Translations under genes and position numbers: made by a program
The notes under the pieces: model-generated
Database searches by the model: none
Told to the model about the DNA's origin: nothing
The model's input: the letters and a program-made list of their open reading frames with translations, nothing else
Shown here: in pieces, positions 56,917 through 64,000 of the stretch
Layout of the letters: each line of letters opens with the position of its first letter
Numbering within the stretch: position 1 is the first letter of the stretch
Origin: an uncultured Chloroflexia bacterium
Lineage (GTDB): Bacteria; Chloroflexota; Anaerolineae; JAAEKA01
Length of the DNA stretch: 64,000 nt
Direction: 5' to 3'
NCBI GenBank assembly: GCA_963707275.1
Contig: CAVPPH010000001.1
Location: 92,625-156,624 of the forward strand

Positions 56917-56942
56917 CGACTGATCACTGATAACTGATCACT
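56897..56942. repeat. ACTGAT-type heptamer array (right arm of the inverted pair)
   Basis: caactggtaactgataactgacgactgatcactgataactgatcac. Confidence 0.7.
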
Positions 56943-56954
56943 TTCAGGAGCCCT

Positions 56955-58509
<1,555 letters not shown>

Positions 58510-58511
58510 AA

Positions 58512-58577
58512 CAGAGACGAAAAAGGGAAACAAGGGAAAAGAGGGAAATCGGAGCGTTTCCCGGCTGTTTTCGTCCT
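58512..58577. repeat. purine-rich AAGGGAA-type repeats closed into a hairpin
   Basis: gacgaaaaagggaaacaagggaaaagagggaaatcggagcgtttcccggctgttttcgtc. The outer arms are gacgaaaa / ttttcgtc. The motif family is the same as at 8771-8840. Confidence 0.6.
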
Positions 58578-58588
58578 GATAAGGATGC

Positions 58589-59861
58589 ATGACTATGACC
58601 CAAAGAAAACTCGGCCGCGGCGTGGCAGTCGTCGGGGCCGGCATGAGCCAGTTTGGAACGTTTCCCGAGAAGGCCACGCGCGATCTGTTCGTCGAGGCCT
58701 TTCGCGAGCTGCGCGGCATCCGTGGACAAAGGACTGGACCCGCGCGACATCGAGGCGCTGTTCATCGGCAACTACAGCAGCGACCTGTTTGAGCATCAGG
58801 GCCACACGGCGCCGATCATGGCTGATTGGGTCGGGCTGACACCGCGGCCGGCGGTGCGTATCGAGGACGCCTGCGCCAGCAGCGGCGTGGCGCTGCGGCA
58901 GGGCATCATGGCGGTCGCGTCAGGGCTGCACGACGTGGTGCTGGTCGGCGGCATCGAGAAGATGAGCAACCTGCCGACGGCCGAGGTCACCGACACGCTG
59001 GCAACGGCGGGAGATGTGCTCTACGAAATACCGGCCGGCTTCACCTTCCCCGGCTTCTACGCCGCGATCGCCATCGGCCTACATGGCGCGCTACGGCGCG
59101 ACGCCCGAGGCGCTCCTTCGGGTCGGCATCAAGAACCATGAGAACGGTGCGCTGAACAGCAAGGCGCAGTTCAACGTCTCCATCGGCGGCATCATGCAGG
59201 CGCCGCCAGGCCAGCGCCGGCAAAAAAGGGCCGTCCGGTGCCGCAGTGGTCCGACGAGATGGCGTTCCTGCAGGACGACGTGTACAACCCGATGATCGCC
59301 TGGCCGCTGCGGCTGTTCGACTGCTCGCCCATCACCGACGGGGCGGCGGCGCTGCTGCTGGTATCCGAGGAGATCGCCGCCAACTTCAGCGACACGCCCA
59401 TCGCGATCATCGGCACCGGCCAGGCCAGTGACCGGGCGCTGCCCAACCGTCCCGATCTGACCAGCCTGGGCGCGGCGCGCCATGCCAGCCAGCAGGCCTA
59501 CCAGATGGCCGGCGTGACGCCGCAGGACATCAAGATCGCCGAGGTGCACGATTGCTTCACCATCGCCGAGATCGTCGCGACCGAGGATCTGGGGTTCTTC
59601 GAGCCGGGCCAGGGCTACGTGGCCGCCGAGGAAGGGCTGACGGCGCGCAACGGGCTGCGGCCGGTCAACACGTCGGGCGGGCTGAAGTCGAAGGGCCACC
59701 CGGTCGGCGCATCGGGCGCGGCGCAGGTGATCGAGGTCTGGAAGCAGATGCGCGGCGAAGCCGGCCAGCGCCAGGTCGATCGCGACGTGGACATCGCCCT
59801 GACCCACAACGTCGGCGGCACCGGGCAGACCTGTGTGGTGCACATTTTTGAGCGGCGGTAG
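58589..59861 (+). pseudogene. thiolase-like protein of the SCP-x / DUF35-associated type, at least 3 frameshifts
   Basis: ..VAVVGAGMSQFG.., ..IEDACASSGVALRQG.. (Cys), ..FDCSPITDGAAALLL.., ..EVHDCFTIAE.. (His) and ..NTSGGLKSKGHPVGASG.. are collinear across ORFs 58589.., 58653.., 59014.. and 59238..59861. Confidence 0.8.
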
Positions 59862-59970
59862 TCGGTGATCAGTAACCAGTTACCAGTAACCAGTAATCAG
59901 TGAACAGTTGATGCGTCACAGATCACAGATCACAGATCACTGACAACTGATCACTGACAACTGATCACCG
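59862..59970. repeat. long array of CAGT-type heptamers, CACAGAT x3, then the inverted ACTGA-type arm
   Basis: gtgatcagt aaccagt taccagt aaccagt aatcagt gaacagt .. cacagat cacagat cacagat cactgac aactgat cactgac aactgat cacc. The two halves are mutually complementary. Confidence 0.75.
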
Positions 59971-59986
59971 GATCCAGGGAGCAACA

Positions 59987-60412
59987 ATGGCTACTGAGAG
60001 CTTTACGCAAGCGGACTTTACTGGTTGGCTGGCCGAGCATAAGCTGATGGGCGCGCGCTGCCAGTCCTGTGGTGCACTCTACGCCGAGGCGCGGCCGATG
60101 TGCCCCGACTGTTTCGGCGATGACATGGCCTGGGAGCAGTTGTCGGGTCATGGCAAGCTGTCTGCGTTCACAATTGTCTACATCGCACCGACCGCCATGA
60201 TCGAAGCGGGCTACGGGCGTGACAATCCCTACGTCACCGGGATCGTAGCGCTGGACGAAGGACCCTCGATCAGCGGGCAGGTCATAGGTTTGGACGTCAG
60301 GGACGCTGCACAAGTTGCGGTAGGCATGCCTCTGCGGGCCACCTTCCTGACCCGCGGCGACGGCGATGCACGGCGAACCTTCCTGGCTTTCGAGCCTCAG
60401 TCCCAGGCATAG
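59987..60412 (+). CDS. DUF35 zinc-ribbon/OB-fold protein (thiolase partner)
   Basis: Rubredoxin-like CQSCG..x..CPDC followed by an OB-fold segment (..GKLSAFTIVY..GIVALDEGP.ISGQV..), immediately after a thiolase-like gene. Confidence 0.8.
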   Translation: MATESFTQADFTGWLAEHKLMGARCQSCGALYAEARPMCPDCFGDDMAWEQLSGHGKLSAFTIVYIAPTAMIEAGYGRDNPYVTGIVALDEGPSISGQVIGLDVRDAAQVAVGMPLRATFLTRGDGDARRTFLAFEPQSQA

Positions 60413-60435
60413 AAACAAAGCGAGAAAGTGCTGCT

Positions 60436-61305
60436 ATGACCGTCGAAGTGGGCCAGGTCGCCACCGTCAGCCGGGTGTTTACCCAGGAAGACTTCAATCG
60501 CTTCGCCGCATTGATCGGCGACGACAACCCGATCCATGTCGATCCGGCATTTGCCGCCCGCGGCAAGTTTGGTCGCACGGTGGCGCACGGCATGCTGCTT
60601 TACAGCGCCGTCAGTTCGACCTTGAGCAGCCGGTGGCCCTTTCTGGGCTGCAAGCAGTTGGTCCAGGAACTCAAGTTTCCTGCGCCGACCTATGCCGATC
60701 AGACAGTGGAGATCAGAACCGAGGTGATCGGTGTCATGCACAGCGATGGGCTGGCCGAGCTTGCGACCGAGGTCATCCAGGGGGATGGCGCGTACGGTCT
60801 GAAGGGCAAGATGCTGGTGCGGCTGCCGGGATCATCCGCCTTTCAACTTCAGGCCGCCAGCACCGGAAGCGAGGTGTTGCCACTATCCGGCGCGACGCTG
60901 CGGCATCTGGCTGTCGGACAGCGGGCCAGTTTGCAGCGCCGTTTCTCCGCCGCTGATCTGGCGGATTATGCTGATCTGATCGGTGAGCGCTGTCCGGTTT
61001 TCAGCGATGCTGACCGTGCCCGCCAGGCTGGATTTGCCGACACACCGGTGCCAGGTGCGCTGCTGGGCGGGCTTTTCTCAACGCTGCTGGGCACCCGGCT
61101 ACCCGGCTCAGGCACCAACTATCTGAAACAGCGCCTCGAGTTTCCGTCGCCCGCCTATCCTGAGCAGGACTTGACCGCCGAGGTCGAGATCGTGCGCATC
61201 CGGGCCGACAAACAACTGGTAAACCTGGCGACTCGCTGTGTCACATCATCAGGGTTGACGGTGTGCCAGGGCGAGGCGCTGGTCTTAGTCAGCGACGTTC
61301 CGTAA
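60436..61305 (+). CDS. double hot-dog MaoC-like (R)-specific enoyl-CoA hydratase/dehydratase
   Basis: Two MaoC-like halves: ..FTQEDFNRFAALIGDDNPIHVDPAFA......GRTVAHGML.. and ..FSAADLADYADLIGERCPVFSD......GFADTPVPGALL... Confidence 0.75.
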   Translation: MTVEVGQVATVSRVFTQEDFNRFAALIGDDNPIHVDPAFAARGKFGRTVAHGMLLYSAVSSTLSSRWPFLGCKQLVQELKFPAPTYADQTVEIRTEVIGVMHSDGLAELATEVIQGDGAYGLKGKMLVRLPGSSAFQLQAASTGSEVLPLSGATLRHLAVGQRASLQRRFSAADLADYADLIGERCPVFSDADRARQAGFADTPVPGALLGGLFSTLLGTRLPGSGTNYLKQRLEFPSPAYPEQDLTAEVEIVRIRADKQLVNLATRCVTSSGLTVCQGEALVLVSDVP

Positions 61306-61356
61306 TCATCCCGACCACACGAGGTCCGATTCAAACCACAAGAAGGAGAGACGATC

Positions 61357-62826
61357 ATGAAGAGACTGTATACAGTCATAGCACTGCTGCTGGTAGCGAC
61401 CATGCTGCTGGCGGCCTGTGGCGGAGGCGCAACGCCCGAGCCGACGACCGCTCCCGAACCGGCGCCTACCACTGCGCCTGAGCCGACCGCGGCGCCCGAG
61501 CCTGCGGTCACCGAAGCGGCGCCGGCCGAACCTGCGGCTACCGAAGCGCCGGCCGAGGTCATGGGTGCATTCACCTGTGACGCGCCGATCAAGATCGGTC
61601 TCATCACCGACCTGACGGGCGGTCTGGCGATCTATGGCGTCATGGCGCAGCGCTCATTCCTGCTGGGCATGGAGTACGCTTCCGGTGCAGCCGGCGAAGA
61701 GATGGGCGACAACGCCTGGTCGTACAAGTTCGGCGACTGCGAAGTGCAGGTGCTGGTGCGCGATGACAAGGGCAGCGCGGACGAGACGGCAACGCTGGCA
61801 CGCGAGCTGATCGAGAAGGACCAGGTCGACATGCTGGTCGGAACGGTCAGCTCCGGCAGCACGGCCAGCCTGCAGGAGATCGCCAAGGAGAACGACGTGG
61901 TGTTGATCGTCGCGCCGGCGGCGGCCAACGACATCACCGGCGTGAACTTCAACGACCACACCTTCCGGGTCAGCCGCGAGAACTACCAGGACTTCATCAA
62001 CCTGTGCGAGTATCTGACCTCAGAGTACGACACGTTCATCCAGATCGCGCCCGACTACAGCTTCGGCTACGGCGGCGCAGCCTCGGCCCGTGACGCCTGC
62101 ACCAAGTTCGGCGGGACGTTCGTGGCCGACGACATCTTTGCGCCGCTGGACACCAGCGACTTCACGCCATACATGGAGCAGATCGCCGATAGCGGCGCCG
62201 ATGCGTGGATCGTGACGTGGGCCGGCGGCGGGTTCGTGCCGATGTTCCAGTCGGCCAAGGAACTGGGCGTGCTGGACAGCATGGGCATGGGTGCGTCCTA
62301 CTTCGACAACAAGACGATGGCAGCGATCTTCGGACCGGTGGCGGACAAGATGCAGGGACAGGCCAGCGGCATCCTCTACCACTACACTGCGCCGGACAAT
62401 GCCATCAACGACTGGCTGGTGGAGCAGGTCAAGGCCCGCTACGGTGAGCCGCCGGACCTGTTCGACGCCGACGGCATGAACGCCGCGCTGATGGCCGTCG
62501 AGGCTCTGAAGAAGACAGGTGGCGACACCAGCTCAGCCGCGCTGATTGCAGCGATGGAAGGTCTCTCGTTCGAAGGACCGAAGGGTCTGATCGAGATCCG
62601 TCCCGAGGACCATGTCGCGTTGCAGGACATGTACATCGTCAAGCTGACCGATCTGGCTGCGCCCGACTTTGCGATGTTCGACCTGGTCACCACGACCCGG
62701 CCCGAGCCGCCCTGCCTGCTGCCTGAAGGCATGACCGATCGCTGCGGCGACCTGCCCGTCGGCAGCCTCAGCGAGATCGCCATGGAGGACACACCGGCGC
62801 GGCGGCAATGGCGATGCCAGATCTGA
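61357..62826 (+). CDS. ABC-transporter solute-binding lipoprotein, Leu/Ile/Val (Peripla_BP_6)-type, first module of a tandem array
   Basis: Lipobox LLAACGG, a Pro/Ala/Thr/Glu-rich linker, then ..IKIGLITDLTGGLAIYG.., ..DDKGSADETA....LIEKD.VDMLVGTVSSG... Confidence 0.8.
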   Translation: MKRLYTVIALLLVATMLLAACGGGATPEPTTAPEPAPTTAPEPTAAPEPAVTEAAPAEPAATEAPAEVMGAFTCDAPIKIGLITDLTGGLAIYGVMAQRSFLLGMEYASGAAGEEMGDNAWSYKFGDCEVQVLVRDDKGSADETATLARELIEKDQVDMLVGTVSSGSTASLQEIAKENDVVLIVAPAAANDITGVNFNDHTFRVSRENYQDFINLCEYLTSEYDTFIQIAPDYSFGYGGAASARDACTKFGGTFVADDIFAPLDTSDFTPYMEQIADSGADAWIVTWAGGGFVPMFQSAKELGVLDSMGMGASYFDNKTMAAIFGPVADKMQGQASGILYHYTAPDNAINDWLVEQVKARYGEPPDLFDADGMNAALMAVEALKKTGGDTSSAALIAAMEGLSFEGPKGLIEIRPEDHVALQDMYIVKLTDLAAPDFAMFDLVTTTRPEPPCLLPEGMTDRCGDLPVGSLSEIAMEDTPARRQWRCQI

Positions 62827-64000
62827 GCGGCCTGACCTGTGAGGAGCCGATCAAGATTGGTCTGATCACCGACCTGACCGGCGGGCTGGCGATCTATGGC
62901 GTCATGGCGCAGCGCTCCTTCCTGCTGGGCATGGAGTACCTGGCCGACAGCTTCGACGCCGACACCAACACGGCTACCTTTGGCGACTGCCAGGTCGAGG
63001 TGCTGGTGCGCGACGACAAGGGCAGCGCGGACGAGACGGCCACGCTGGCACGCGAGCTGATCGAGAAGGATCAGGTGGACATGCTGGTCGGGACGGTCAG
63101 TTCCGGCAGCACGGCCAGCCTGCAGGAGATCGCCAAGGAGAACGACGTGGTGTTGATCGTCGCCCCGGCGGCGGCCAACGACATCACCGGCGTGAACTTC
63201 AACGACCACACCTTCCGCGTCAGCCGCGAGAACTACCAGGACTTCATCAACCTGTGCGAGTACCTGACCTCAGAGTACGACACGTTCATCCAGATCGCGC
63301 CGGACTACAGCTTCGGCTACGGCGGCGCGGCCTCGGCCCGTGACGCCTGCACCAAGTTCGGCGGCGAGTTCGTGGCCGACGACATCTTTGCGCCGCTGGA
63401 CACCAGCGACTTCACGCCCTACATGGAGCAGATCGCCGACAGCGGCGCCGATGCGTGGATCGTGACGTGGGCCGGCGGCGGGTTCGTGCCGATGTTCCAG
63501 TCGGCCAAGGAACTGGGCGTGCTGGACAGCATGGGCATGGGTGCGTCCTACTTCGACAACAAGACGATGGCAGCGATCTTCGGACCGGTGGCGGACAAGA
63601 TGCAGGGGCAGGCCAGCGGCATCCTCTACCACTACACTGCGCCGGACAACGCGATCAACGACTGGCTGGTGGAGCAGGTCAAGGCCCGCTACGGTGAGCC
63701 GCCGGACCTGTTCGACGCCGACGGCATGAACGCCGCGCTGATGGCGATCTACAGTCTGGCGGCCAGCGGCGGCGACACCAGCTCAGCCGCGCTGATCGAC
63801 GCGATGGAAGGGCTCTCGTTCGAAGGGCCGAAGGGTCTGATCGAGATCCGGCCCGAGGACCATGTCGCGTTGCAGGACATGTACATCGTCAAGCTGACCG
63901 ATCTGGCGGCGCCGGACTTCGCGATGTTCGACCTGGTCACCACGACCCGGCCCGAGCCGCCTTGCCTGTTGCCTGAAGGTCAGACCGACCGCTGCGGCGA
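61585..64000 (+). repeat. tandem direct duplication of a ~1.25 kb coding unit (a third copy may begin at the window edge)
   Basis: The same sequence recurs with a 1,250-nt offset (for example the shadow ORFs 62020..62382 and 63270..63632). The offset is 1,262 nt at the module start because of a 12-nt length difference in one divergent patch. Confidence 0.9.
62808..64000 (+). CDS. second, near-identical solute-binding module (no signal peptide), runs off the window end
   Basis: The frame is open from about 62763 to 64000, with ATGs at 62808 and 62814 (MAMPDLSGLTCEEPIKIGLITDLTGG..). It is missing from the ORF track because it has no stop in the window. It may be fused to the preceding module if the stop at 62824 is an indel artefact. 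Confidence 0.7.
   Translation, partial: MAMPDLSGLTCEEPIKIGLITDLTGGLAIYGVMAQRSFLLGMEYLADSFDADTNTATFGDCQVEVLVRDDKGSADETATLARELIEKDQVDMLVGTVSSGSTASLQEIAKENDVVLIVAPAAANDITGVNFNDHTFRVSRENYQDFINLCEYLTSEYDTFIQIAPDYSFGYGGAASARDACTKFGGEFVADDIFAPLDTSDFTPYMEQIADSGADAWIVTWAGGGFVPMFQSAKELGVLDSMGMGASYFDNKTMAAIFGPVADKMQGQASGILYHYTAPDNAINDWLVEQVKARYGEPPDLFDADGMNAALMAIYSLAASGGDTSSAALIDAMEGLSFEGPKGLIEIRPEDHVALQDMYIVKLTDLAAPDFAMFDLVTTTRPEPPCLLPEGQTDRCG

Noticed and set aside
59862-59970. The heptamer arrays as CRISPR arrays.
   Set aside because: The repeat unit is only 6-7 nt, with no unique spacers between units and no cas genes in the window. The organisation is tandem microsatellite-like plus inverted arms.

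Overview
This is a 64 kb window from a high-G+C bacterium. A Chloroflexota-like filamentous organism is only a weak guess from gene content. There are no rRNA genes, CRISPR arrays, transposases or integrases. Gene order is as follows. (1) An epimerase, a LysM/YkuD L,D-transpeptidase and a System-I cytochrome c maturation block (ccmH, a TlpA/CcmG-like gene, ccmF). (2) Three minus-strand tRNAs: Arg-GCG, Ser-GCU and Ser-UGA. (3) serS preceded by a promoter and a Ser (UCC) T-box leader. (4) The rod-shape operon mreB-mreC-mreD-mrdA-rodA. (5) Adenosine deaminase, a large TPR membrane protein, a HAD hydrolase and an M55 peptidase. (6) A seven-gene beta-oxidation/ETF operon: thiolase, 3-hydroxyacyl-CoA dehydrogenase, crotonase, two acyl-CoA dehydrogenases, etfB and etfA. 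(7) mutL, a lipid desaturase and assorted small enzymes. (8) An island at about 37-44 kb that looks AT-richer by eye, carrying GH114, GNAT, a nucleotidyltransferase, a rhodanese, rifampin ADP-ribosyltransferase (arr), an Abi_C-type abortive-infection gene and toxin-antitoxin-like genes. (9) A large MalT-like STAND/TPR/BTAD (SARP-type) regulator divergent from an unusual acyl-chain cluster: two atypical KASIII, two AMP-ligases, FabG, three alpha/beta-hydrolases, and a thiolase-DUF35-double-MaoC module. (10) Tandem near-identical solute-binding-protein modules at the window end. Two things stand out. Most long genes, including essential ones, are interrupted by indel frameshifts, which is most likely assembly error. 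Almost every intergenic spacer is made of short-period (6-7 nt) tandem repeats arranged as hairpins, and two of these hairpins bracket four-helix-bundle (23S-IVS/Avd-like) genes.
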